Below, one piece after another: positions 1 to 8,659 of a stretch of DNA of 64,000 nt. How positions within the stretch are numbered: position 1 is the stretch's first letter; the number at the start of each line of letters is the position of its first letter. A program made the position numbers and the translations under genes. The notes beneath the pieces are model-generated. The model ran no database searches. It was not told the DNA's origin and was given only the letters and a program-made list of their open reading frames with translations. The stretch is taken from assembly GCA_963842525.1 (NCBI GenBank), contig CAWJGT010000009.1, forward strand, positions 512,001-576,000. The letters run 5' to 3'. The DNA comes from an uncultured Holophagales bacterium. GTDB lineage: Bacteria; Acidobacteriota; Thermoanaerobaculia; Multivoradales; UBA5704.

Positions 1-1173
1 GCTTTGCGGTGCTCCTGCTGGTGCTCTGCTTCGCCGAGGCGTCGAGCTACTTCGACCGCCCGGGCGGCGCCTATCTTTATACAAGGCACGCCTTCGGCGA
101 GTTGATCGGCTTCGAGGTGGGGTGGATGACCTGGATCGCCCGGGTCGCCTCGGTCGCCTCGCTCTCGGTCGGCTTCGCGCAGGCCCTGACCTTCCTCTGG
201 CCGGCGGCCGAGGGAGGATGGGTACAGATCGGGGCCATCGCCGTCCCGCTCCTTGCGCTGACCGCCATCAATCTCGTCGGGGTCAAGTCGGGCGTGCGGA
301 CCGCCGTCTTCCTGGCGGTCACCAAGACCGTGCCGCTGCTGATCTTCATCGGCGCCGGGGTCTTCGCCGTGTCGCGGGCCGTGCTCGCGGCCAACGGTCA
401 GGCGCCGCGCACGGGCACGCTGAGCGAGGCCGCGCTCCTCCTCCTCTTCGCCTATGCCGGCTTCGAGAACACCGCGGCTCCGGCCGGCGAGTTCAAGAAC
501 CCGCGCCGGGACGTGCCCTTCGCCCTCATCGCCCAGATCACCATCGTCACCCTGATCTACTCCGCGGTGCAGTGGGTCGCGCTCTCGACGCTGCCGGGCG
601 TGGCCGAATCGCAGACCCCGCTGGCCGACGCGGCACGGCTGTTCCTCGGGATCCGGGGCGGGCGAGCTGCTGACCGTGGGCGCGGTGGTCTCGATCCTCG
701 GCACCAACAGCAACACGGTCCTGGCCGGGCCGCGCTATCTCTTCGCCCTCGCGGAGGACGGCTTCGGGCCGCGTGCGCTGGCTTCGCTCCACCCCCGCTT
801 CCGCACCCCCTGGGTGGCGATCCTGACGCAGACCGCGATCGCCCTCCCCCTGGCGCTCACCGGCGCCAAGCTGGTCCAGACCGGCCTCGACCTGCCGCCG
901 TTCCTCCAGGGCTCCTTCGCCCGGCTCGCCACACTGTCGGTGATCGCCCGGCTCGCCACCTACCTGGGCACGGCCGCGGCCGTCCCGGTGCTGCGCCGCA
1001 AATATCCGGATGCCCCCGGCGTGGTCCGCATCCCCGGCGGACCGCTCATCCCCGTGGCCGCCGCCCTGCTCTGCGTCGTCCTCGCCGCGAGCGCCAAGGC
1101 CGAGAACCTGATCGCCGGCGGCGTCGCCATCGCCGTCGGGCTGGTGATCTGGGCCTTCCGTCGTCGAGTGTAA
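1..1173 (+). CDS. APC-family amino acid permease, 5' partial, frameshift near 650-676
   Basis: GGAYLYTRHAFG and FAYAGFE motifs in ORF 9..1184; hydrophobic C-terminal half continues in ORF 676..1173. Confidence 0.85.
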
Positions 1174-1209
1174 AGCACACTTGACAATTTGTCTCGTCTG
1201 CTTTACTCT
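1170..1209 (+). promoter_or_regulatory. Sigma70 promoter overlapped by an inverted-repeat operator
   Basis: TTGACA 1181-1186, 17 bp spacer, TACTCT 1204-1209; GTAAAGCA (1170-1177) / TGCTTTAC (1199-1206) inverted repeat. Confidence 0.75.
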
Positions 1210-1216
1210 GGGGGCC

Positions 1217-1660
1217 ATGAACGGTTCTCCTTCCCCGGAGGTGAAAGTCATGACGAGTGCATCGACGACGAGTCCAGACCGGCCCCAGACCGGCTCACGG
1301 CTGCTGGTGGCCTCCCTCGCCTTCATCCTCTCCTACATCGCCGCGATCGCGATGCAGGAGCTCCTCACCTTGAAGGGGCTCGCGGGATTGGCGGTGTCGC
1401 TGCTTCCTGTTGCCGGCTTCGTCTTCTTCATCCTGGAGGAGGTGAAGCTCATCCGGAGCCTCGACGAGCTGCAGCGCCGGATCCAGCTCGAGGCGCTGGC
1501 CATCGGGTTTCCCTCGGCCATGGCGCTGCTGATGCTCCTGGGATTCCTCCAGAGAGTCGACCTCGTGCCGCACGCGCTGAGCACCATCCGCGACGTCGCG
1601 GGGGTGCTGCCGGTCTGCTACGGCATCGGGTTGTTCTTCGCGCGGAGGCGGTACCTGTGA
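1217..1660 (+). CDS. Small membrane protein co-transcribed with an XRE regulator (alternative start 1250)
   Basis: About four hydrophobic segments, LDELQRRIQLEA motif; stop overlaps the HTH gene start. Confidence 0.7.
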   Translation: MNGSPSPEVKVMTSASTTSPDRPQTGSRLLVASLAFILSYIAAIAMQELLTLKGLAGLAVSLLPVAGFVFFILEEVKLIRSLDELQRRIQLEALAIGFPSAMALLMLLGFLQRVDLVPHALSTIRDVAGVLPVCYGIGLFFARRRYL

Positions 1661-1878
1661 AGAACCGGCTGAAGGTCCTGCGGGCCGAGCGGAGCTGGTC
1701 ACAGGCGGATCTCGCGGAGAGGCTGGGCGTCTCCCGGCAGACGATCAATGCCCTGGAAGTGGAGAAGTACGACCCCAGCCTCCCCCTCGCCTTCAAGATC
1801 GCCCGGCTCTTCGCCAAGCCGGTCGAGGACATCTTCGATCCGGACGGGGACGGGACCGGGGACGTGCGGCCGGCGTAG
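1657..1878 (+). CDS. XRE/Cro-family HTH transcriptional regulator
   Basis: MKNRLKVLRAERSWSQADLAERLGVSRQTINALE...YDPSLPLAFKIA; GTG start overlaps upstream TGA. Confidence 0.92.
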   Translation: MKNRLKVLRAERSWSQADLAERLGVSRQTINALEVEKYDPSLPLAFKIARLFAKPVEDIFDPDGDGTGDVRPA

Positions 1879-1990
1879 CGACGGCCTCCCCCGCCCGGCA
1901 AGTGGCCCCGTGGCGGGCTTCACCACAGGACCATGGACGCTCGCTGCGGTGGCTCGCAGTGGTGCCGCGGCGTGCAGCCTCCCTGCCCCC

Positions 1991-2016
1991 AGATCCTTCG
2001 CTACGCTCAGGATGAC
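1991..2016. repeat. REP-like intergenic element
   Basis: AGATCCTTCGCTACGCTCAGGATGAC resembles a widespread REP-type repeat; single copy in this window. Confidence 0.5.
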
Positions 2017-2152
2017 ACGACGGGTCTGGGGCCCCAGGACAGACTTTGTCAGCTCGCTAGAAGGCCGCGGCGCTTCCTTGCCTCTCAGCCCATTCGGACG
2101 TACTGTAAGACGCACGATCGCGGCGGCGCGCTTTGCGATCGAGGAGGTCGGC

Positions 2153-2908
2153 ATGTCCGGATTGTTGGAGAAAAAGGTTGCTCTGGTCACGGGAGCCGGG
2201 TCGGGGATCGGGCGCGACATCGCCTACCGCTTCGCCGCGGAGGGGGCCGCCGTCGCCGTCTCCGACATCGACGAGGCCGGCGGCGGGGAGACGGCCGCGA
2301 AGATCGGCGAGCGGGGCGGGCGGGCGATCTTTGTACGGGCGGACACTTCGAAGCCCGAGGACAACGAGACCCTCGTGCGCACCGCGGTCGCCGAGCTCGG
2401 CGGGCTCCATGTCGCGGTGAACAACGCCGGGATCGGCGGGCCGTCGGCGCCGGTCGGCGAGTATCCGCTCGACGGCTGGGACCGCGTCATCGCGGTGAAC
2501 CTGTCCGGAGTCTTCTACGGCATGCGCTACCAGATCCCTGCGCTGCTCGAGGCGGGCGGCGGCTCGATCGTCAACATGGCCTCGGTGCTCGGCCAGGTGG
2601 GATTCCGCGATTCGTCCGCCTACGTCGCGGCGAAGCACGGCGTCGTCGGGCTGACGAAGAGCGCCGCCCTGGAGTACGGTCAGCGCGGGATCCGCGTCAA
2701 CGCGGTCGGCCCCGGATTCATCAAGACGCCTCTGCTGGAAAAGAACATGACGCCCGAAGCGCTCCGGATGCTCGAAGGGATGCACGCCCTCGGCCGTCTG
2801 GGAGAGTCGCCCGAGGTGACGGAGCTCGTGCTCTGGCTCGCCTCCGACCGCGCGTCGTTCGTCACCGGGAGCTATCACGCGGTCGACGGCGGCTATCTGG
2901 CCCAGTGA
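2153..2908 (+). CDS. SDR-family NAD(P)-dependent oxidoreductase
   Basis: TGAGSGIG, NNAG and YVAAK motifs; GAGGAGG RBS. Confidence 0.93.
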   Translation: MSGLLEKKVALVTGAGSGIGRDIAYRFAAEGAAVAVSDIDEAGGGETAAKIGERGGRAIFVRADTSKPEDNETLVRTAVAELGGLHVAVNNAGIGGPSAPVGEYPLDGWDRVIAVNLSGVFYGMRYQIPALLEAGGGSIVNMASVLGQVGFRDSSAYVAAKHGVVGLTKSAALEYGQRGIRVNAVGPGFIKTPLLEKNMTPEALRMLEGMHALGRLGESPEVTELVLWLASDRASFVTGSYHAVDGGYLAQ

Positions 2909-2985
2909 GGAGAACGACCATGACGCCCAGGGAAAGCTGAACTCGCGCTCGCCATCGTCGTGGCGTTCGTCAGGAGGGCGACGAG

Positions 2986-3080
2986 GTGATCGCCGCGACC
3001 ATCAACGGCGCGGACGCGCTGCGCGTGGAGATGACGGGGACGGGCGAGAACACGAGGCTCTCCGGCATCATGCGGCGCAG
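2986..3080 (+). pseudogene. Fragment of a heavy-metal P-type ATPase actuator domain
   Basis: IAATING..LRVEMTGTGENTRLSGIMR resembles a CopA/CopB segment; no surrounding ATPase sequence. Confidence 0.55.
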
Positions 3081-3084
3081 GTTC

Positions 3085-3285
3085 CTAGGGAGCCTTGGTA
3101 GGCGGAGTCGTAGGCTCGACCGCGGCCGGCTCCACGGGCTCGCCGCCGGTGTCTCCCAAGCCCAGCGTCCAGAACGGTGGGTCGCTGGCCGGGAACGACC
3201 CCGTCAGCGCCTCGTCGACGGCGGCTTGGGGAGGTTCGGTCTCGGCGTCACGAACCTGCTTGAGATGTGAGCATATTTGGGCCAT
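3085..3285 (-). CDS. Small hypothetical protein with SFPASDPP motif
   Basis: VDEALTGSFPASDPPFW; AGAGGAG RBS upstream. Confidence 0.5.
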   Translation of the reverse strand: MAQICSHLKQVRDAETEPPQAAVDEALTGSFPASDPPFWTLGLGDTGGEPVEPAAVEPTTPPTKAP

Positions 3286-3374
3286 CGGTCGCTCCTCTTC
3301 TGCGCGGCGCCTTCCTAGAGTAGCGCATGGGAGGGGTGGGTGCGAGAAACTGGCGGCGCAGCCCGCGCCGCGGA

Positions 3375-3600
3375 GCTCGCAACCGCACCGGCGTGTACGG
3401 TACGCTGCCCTATGCGGCCGGCGGCATCGTCCTCTGGCTCCTCCTTCACGAGGCCGGATTGCATGCCACGCTGATGTCCGCGATCACGCTCGGCCTGGTT
3501 GCCGGCAAGCCGGTCGGGATCGTGCTGGCCGCGTCGCTCGCCGGCTGGACTGGGCATCGCGACCAAACCGGAAGCGTACTCGTGGCGTCAATTGGTCGGC
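3375..3600 (+). pseudogene. nhaA: Spliced nhaA fragments, inverted relative to the neighbouring nhaA remnant
   Basis: [23 protein letters not shown] joined directly to [14 protein letters not shown]. Confidence 0.65.
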
Positions 3601-3719
3601 GGTCGCCGCGTGGAATCCGGGCGCTATGCAGCCGGAAGACCTCGCGGGCGCAGCATCAGATGCAAACCCAAGCGACCCTGCGGTCGACGGCGACGGCACG
3701 CCGGGTCGCCGCTGGCGAA

Positions 3720-3920
3720 ATGGTGGCGATTCCTCTCACGACCGTCTCCGTGCAGGGGAATTTCGACGCCTGGATCGACGTCCAGTTTCCGGCGCCGGGA
3801 CGAATCGTCACGGCATCGCTTCTCGTCGACTCCGGCAGTACGACGATGATCATCCCGAATGGCGAGGACCTTGTCGGCGTCCCTGGTTACAAGATCCTCG
3901 GAACAGCGACCGAACCCTGG
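3720..3920 (+). pseudogene. Aspartic-protease-like fragment
   Basis: LLVDSGSTTMIIP resembles the D(S/T)G(S/T) catalytic motif; truncated by the nhaA remnant. Confidence 0.4.
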
Positions 3921-4830
3921 CCGGCGACCAGGCCGAGCGTGATCGCGGAGATCAGCCGTCCGTGGCCCTCGAACACGCCGAGCGACCAGGCCACGCCCGC
4001 ATTCGCCAGCGCAAAGATCGGAAGCACCACATAGCTCGACCACGGCTCGACGGATCGAAGGAGCTTGTCGGCAGGCGACTCGATCCGGGTATGGATGGCG
4101 TCGAGCGCGCGCAGGGCCGGCTCGGAGGGCCCGGGCCGCATCGCTTCGCCGGCGTGGCTGTCCTCCCGGTGGATCACCGTTGACGCCTGGGCCAGCAGAG
4201 CGTTCAGGTTCGCCGGCGGGCGCGTGGGGATGAGCACGGCCAGGATCACGCCCGCCAGCGTGGCATGCAATCCGGCCTCGTGGAGGAGGAGCCAGAGGAC
4301 GATGCCGCCGGCCGCATAGGGCAGCGCTCGTCCCAGGTGCCCCTATAGCGACGGCCGCCGATGAAGAACGTGGGCGTCACCCGTGCGCCGCTGCGCTGCG
4401 CGCTCTCGATGTCCTCGCGCACCCGCGCCCGCGCCGCCGACAGGTCGGGCTCGTGCGCTGCGTCGATCGGCGGCAGGTCGAAGTCCCGCGCGATCCGGTC
4501 GAGATCGTCCTGCGAGAACGCCGGACCTCGCTCCATCAGCGCCTCGTGAACCTCCCAGAATTGGCCGGTCGTTAGGGCCGCATGTTCCGCGAGCTCTGAG
4601 GCGCGGCCCGCGCTCGCGCTGCTGGCGACGGGCAGATGGCGAAACACGTACCGCATTCGCTCGCCGAACCGGCTGCGGAGCCCCTCGACGACCTCGTGAA
4701 CCGCGTGACATTGAGGGCACGCATAGCTGCCATACTCGACCAGGGTCATTTCCGCATCGGCCGGCCCGAGTACGTGATCGCGGGAAACATCGACCGCAGG
4801 ATCGAGGCGGGTCGGATTCGCGTCAGCCAT
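3918..4830 (-). pseudogene. nhaA: DsbA/thioredoxin-NhaA Na+/H+ antiporter fusion with internal deletion and 3' truncation
   Basis: EYGSYACPQC and TPTFF DsbA motifs, jump near 4327 into [12 protein letters not shown]...[18 protein letters not shown]. Confidence 0.75.
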
Positions 4831-5013
4831 GATGGCAGGAGCGTATATCACGCTCTTCTCGGGCTGCGAGCGACCTGGCAGCGCAACTAGCTGTCGCCTC
4901 TCAGCCCGCCGCCGCCAGCGAGGTATGCGATCATGAACGATCAAGCGGCTGCGCCAGGAATGTCGGAGCAAGCCGTTCCTGTCTCGCGGGCTGCACCCTG
5001 GACATAGTGCGCA

Positions 5014-5459
5014 ATGCTTGACGCAACGCTCCTGACGAACTCGGCGCTCCTGCTGGCGCTGGACCTCATCGGGACCTTCGTCTTCGCGATCAGCGGCGCG
5101 GCGTCTGGTGTGAAGAGCCGGCTTGATGTGTTTGGTGTGAGCGTCCTCGCGTTCGTGGCGGGGAATGTAGGGGGAATGGCCCGTGACGTATCGGCGGTGG
5201 CATGATGCGCGATTTGCTCGTCAGGGAAATTCCGGTCGTGCTTCGCGCTGACTTCTACGCCGTCGCCGCGCTCGCGGGCGCAGCGGTCGTCGCGGCCGGA
5301 CACTTGCTCCACTGGCCACCCGTTCCGACGGCGATAGCGGGCGCGTGCGTGTGTTTCTTCATGCGCCTCTCCGCGATCCGACGTGGCTGGAGGCTTCCGG
5401 TCGCCAATGGCGACGCCGGACACCCCTCGGCGACGCCAAAGGGCCGCCCGCTCGGATAA
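5014..5459 (+). pseudogene. TRIC/UPF0126 membrane protein with central deletion
   Basis: DLIGTFVFAISGA...GGMARD then MMRDLLVREIPVVL in another frame; middle part missing. Confidence 0.7.
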
Positions 5460-5484
5460 GCTCTCCTCCCGGAGGAGAGCTGTC

Positions 5485-5853
5485 ATGAACCCCAACTGGA
5501 TCGTCCTCGGCGCCCTCCTGGGCGCCGTCTCCGTGATCGCCGGCGCCTTCGGCGCCCATGCCCTGGCGGCGCGCCTGGAGCCGCGGTCTCTCGAGCTGTG
5601 GGAGACCGCGGCCCGCTACCTGATGTACGGCGCGCTCTCGCTCATCCTCGTCGGGCTCTTCGCGCGGCAGGGTGCGGCACGGGGAGTGGCCGGCGCCGGC
5701 TGGTGCCTGCTGCTCGGCAGCCTGGTCTTCAGCGGCACCGTCTTCGTGCTGGCCCTCGGCGGCCCCCGGTGGCTGGGGGCGGTCACCCCGATCGGCGGGA
5801 CGCTCTTGATCGCCGGGTTGCTCATCTTCGCCTGGGCCGCCCTGCGCGGCTGA
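5485..5853 (+). CDS. DUF423 (YgdD/TMEM256) membrane protein
   Basis: GAFGAH, WETAARY, FSG and GAVTPIGG motifs. Confidence 0.9.
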   Translation: MNPNWIVLGALLGAVSVIAGAFGAHALAARLEPRSLELWETAARYLMYGALSLILVGLFARQGAARGVAGAGWCLLLGSLVFSGTVFVLALGGPRWLGAVTPIGGTLLIAGLLIFAWAALRG

Positions 5854-5858
5854 GCCGG

Positions 5859-6155
5859 ATGCCGAGCCTCCACTTCCACGCCCGGACGCAGAGGGACTTC
5901 GAGGCCTTCCGCGCCGAGATGGAGCGTGCCCTCCGGGACGCCGCGGACAAGGGGCTGCGCCACGAATGGCACGGCCGCACCCTGCGGATCACTGCGCCGG
6001 GGGCCAAGGGCTTCATCGTCTTCGACGGCGGCTCGATCGCGGCGCAGGTCCAGCTCGGCTTTCCGGCGACCCTGGTCCGGGACCGGATCGCCGACGAGGT
6101 CCGCCGCATCCTCGAACGGGTGGCTGAGGGCCCGGTGACCGTGGACGAGGTTTAG
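5859..6155 (+). CDS. Hypothetical protein, PHA-granule-region-like
   Basis: 98 aa ORF in operon position; weak family resemblance only. Confidence 0.55.
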   Translation: MPSLHFHARTQRDFEAFRAEMERALRDAADKGLRHEWHGRTLRITAPGAKGFIVFDGGSIAAQVQLGFPATLVRDRIADEVRRILERVAEGPVTVDEV

Positions 6156-6193
6156 AGATACGATCCGGTGTCCAGAAGGGCCAGGAGGAATTC

Positions 6194-7825
6194 ATGTCGA
6201 ATGCGATCTTTCACCTCGCCGCCCCGGTCAACGAGCCGGTCCGCTCGTACGCGCCGGGATCGGCAGAGAAGAAGTCCTTGAAGAAACGGCTCGACGACAT
6301 GCTCGGCGAGCAGATCGAGATCCCCCTCATCATCGGCGGGCGCGAGGTGCGGACCGGCGATACGGCCACCGCCGTCTGCCCGCACGACCACGGCCACGTT
6401 CTCGCCACCTACCACCAGGCCGGGCCCGCCGAGGTGGCCGCTGCCGCCGACGCCGCGAAGGAGGCCTGGCACGACTGGTCGGAGATGCCCTGGGAGGACC
6501 GCGCCGCGATCCTGCTGCGCGCCGCCGACCTGCTCGCCGGCCCGTGGCGCGACACCGTGAACGGCGCCACCATCCTCAACCAGTCGAAGACGGTCTTCCA
6601 GGCGGAGATCGATTCCGCCTGCGAGATGATCGACTTCTTCCGCTTCAACCCCTACTACATGCAGCAGATCTACAAGGACCAGCCGGTGTCCTCGCCGGGC
6701 ATCTGGAACCGGGTCGAGTACCGCGCGCTCGAAGGGTTCGTCTTCGCCGTGACGCCGTTCAACTTCACCGCGATCGGCGGCAACCTGTCGACCTCGCCGG
6801 CGCTCATGGGCAATACCGTCCTCTGGAAGCCGGCCTCGTCCGCGGTCTATTCCGGCTACTGGACCATGAAGCTCCTCCAGGCGGCGGGCATGCCGGACGG
6901 CGTCATCAACTTCCTCCCCGGCCGGGCGAGCAAGGTGGGAGACCCGGTGCTCGCGCACCCCGACTTCGCCGGCATCCACTTCACGGGCTCGACCCCTGTC
7001 TTCCAGGCGATGTGGAAGACGATCGCCGAGAGCCTCCCCAGGTACCGCTCCTATCCGCGGATCGTGGGGGAGACCGGTGGCAAGAACTTTGTCTTCGCGC
7101 ATCCGTCCGCCAACGTGCCCGCCTACGTGACGGCGCTGGTCCGCGGCTCGTTCGAATACCAGGGTCAGAAGTGCTCGGCGGGCTCGCGGGCGTATGTGCC
7201 GAGCTCGCTTTGGCCCAAGGTCCGGGAGATGCTCGTCGACCAGATCAAGGAGATCGACATGGGCACGCCGCTCGACTTCCGCAACTTCATGGCGGCGGTC
7301 ATCGACGAGCCCTCGTTCGACCGGATCATGGGCTACATCGACCACGCGAAGAATTCGAGCGAAGCCGAGATCCTGACCGGCGGCAACGGCGACAAGAGCG
7401 AGGGCTACTTCGTCGAACCGACCGTGGTGGTGACGACCAATCCGCACTTCAAGCTGATGCAGGAGGAGATCTTCGGCCCGGTCCTCACGCTCTACGTCTA
7501 CGAGGACGCGGACCTCGACAAGACCCTCGACCTGGTGGACACCACGAGCCCCTACGCCCTGACCGGCGCCATCTTCGCCGAGGACCGCAAGGAGGTCGAG
7601 CGCCTCGCCAAGCGGCTCCGGCACGCGGCCGGCAACTTCTACGTCAACGACAAGTCGACCGGGGCGGTGGTGGGCCAGCAGCCGTTCGGCGGCGCCCGCG
7701 CCTCGGGCACCAACGACAAGGCCGGCTCCATGGTGAACCTGCTGCGCTGGACCTCGCTGCGAGCGATCAAGGAGAGCTACGTGTCGCCCACGGAGTTCCG
7801 CTATCCGCACATGGGGGAGAAGTAA
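6194..7825 (+). CDS. pruA: L-glutamate gamma-semialdehyde (P5C) dehydrogenase
   Basis: PFNFTAI, FTGST, GETGGKNF, QGQKCSA, EEIFGP, PFGGARASGTNDKAG. Confidence 0.96.
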   Translation: MSNAIFHLAAPVNEPVRSYAPGSAEKKSLKKRLDDMLGEQIEIPLIIGGREVRTGDTATAVCPHDHGHVLATYHQAGPAEVAAAADAAKEAWHDWSEMPWEDRAAILLRAADLLAGPWRDTVNGATILNQSKTVFQAEIDSACEMIDFFRFNPYYMQQIYKDQPVSSPGIWNRVEYRALEGFVFAVTPFNFTAIGGNLSTSPALMGNTVLWKPASSAVYSGYWTMKLLQAAGMPDGVINFLPGRASKVGDPVLAHPDFAGIHFTGSTPVFQAMWKTIAESLPRYRSYPRIVGETGGKNFVFAHPSANVPAYVTALVRGSFEYQGQKCSAGSRAYVPSSLWPKVREMLVDQIKEIDMGTPLDFRNFMAAVIDEPSFDRIMGYIDHAKNSSEAEILTGGNGDKSEGYFVEPTVVVTTNPHFKLMQEEIFGPVLTLYVYEDADLDKTLDLVDTTSPYALTGAIFAEDRKEVERLAKRLRHAAGNFYVNDKSTGAVVGQQPFGGARASGTNDKAGSMVNLLRWTSLRAIKESYVSPTEFRYPHMGEK

Positions 7826-7858
7826 GGGGTAGACTGGATCGCAGAGGAGGATCCCAGA

Positions 7859-8065
7859 ATGCGCAGGACTTTCACCCTCGAATACTGGCAGGATGAGGGC
7901 TGGTACGTCGGTCGTCTCAAGGAGGTGCCGGGTGTCTTCAGCCAGGGAGAGTCTCTTCCAAAGCTGGAGGAGAACATCCGGGATGCCTATGAGTTGGTGC
8001 TCGAAGATGCCGCGGACTCGGATCGGCATGGCGCACAGCTCAAGGAGATCGAGGTCGAGGTTTGA
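7859..8065 (+). CDS. hicB: HicB-family antitoxin
   Basis: LEYWQDEGWYVGRLKEVPGVFSQGESL..LEENIRDAY. Confidence 0.88.
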   Translation: MRRTFTLEYWQDEGWYVGRLKEVPGVFSQGESLPKLEENIRDAYELVLEDAADSDRHGAQLKEIEVEV

Positions 8066-8241
8066 AGCGTAGCTCCTTTCTCCAGGAGCTGAGCCGGGCG
8101 GGATGCCGTCTCCACAGGCACGGGAAGAAGCACGACCTGTGGGTGAATCCGGTGACCAGCCTGAAAGCCCCGGTTCCCCGTCACACCGAGCTCAAGGATC
8201 GCCTTTGCGAGCTCATCCGTAAGCAGCTTGGGCTGGCTTGA
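8062..8241 (+). CDS. hicA: HicA-family toxin (59 aa, absent from the ORF track)
   Basis: Manual translation MKRSSFLQELSRAGCRLHRHGKKHDLWVNP...VPRHTEL; TTG start overlaps hicB stop. Confidence 0.85.
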   Translation: MKRSSFLQELSRAGCRLHRHGKKHDLWVNPVTSLKAPVPRHTELKDRLCELIRKQLGLA

Positions 8242-8250
8242 GGCATAGCA

Positions 8251-8508
8251 GAACCTGCTGCGCTGGACCTCGCTACGGGCGATCAAGGAGAGCTACGTGC
8301 CGCCCACGGAGCTCTGCTATCCGCACATGGGGGAGAAATAGGGAGTAGACTGCCGAGGCAGAGGAGACTTCCCATGATGCGTAGAACCTTGACCCTTGAG
8401 TATTGGCAGGACGAGGGTTGGTACGTCGGCCATCTCAAGGATGTGCCGGGTGTGTTCAGCCAGGGAGAGTCGCTGGCAGAGCTGGAAGAGAACATCCGCG
8501 ATACCTAC
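8251..8508 (+). repeat. Diverged direct duplication of 7735-7990 (pruA 3' end plus hicB 5' part)
   Basis: gaacctgctgcgctggacctcgct...tatccgcacatgggggagaa repeats 516 bp downstream. Confidence 0.9.
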
Positions 8509-8592
8509 CAGCAGGTGCTCGGGCGGGCCGAAGAGTCCGACAAGATGACGGAGCTCCTGCTGACTCCGATTGAGCGGCTATTGCCAATGTGA
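8374..8592 (+). CDS. hicB: Second HicB-like antitoxin with altered C-terminus and no hicA
   Basis: Near-identical to 7859..8065 over about 45 aa. Confidence 0.7.
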   Translation: MMRRTLTLEYWQDEGWYVGHLKDVPGVFSQGESLAELEENIRDTYQQVLGRAEESDKMTELLLTPIERLLPM

Positions 8593-8659
8593 GGCGAGCA
8601 GGTCGATCCCTGCTCGCCGACCCCGCCCTGGTCTTTCGTCTCATCCCTTCCCGCTGCTG

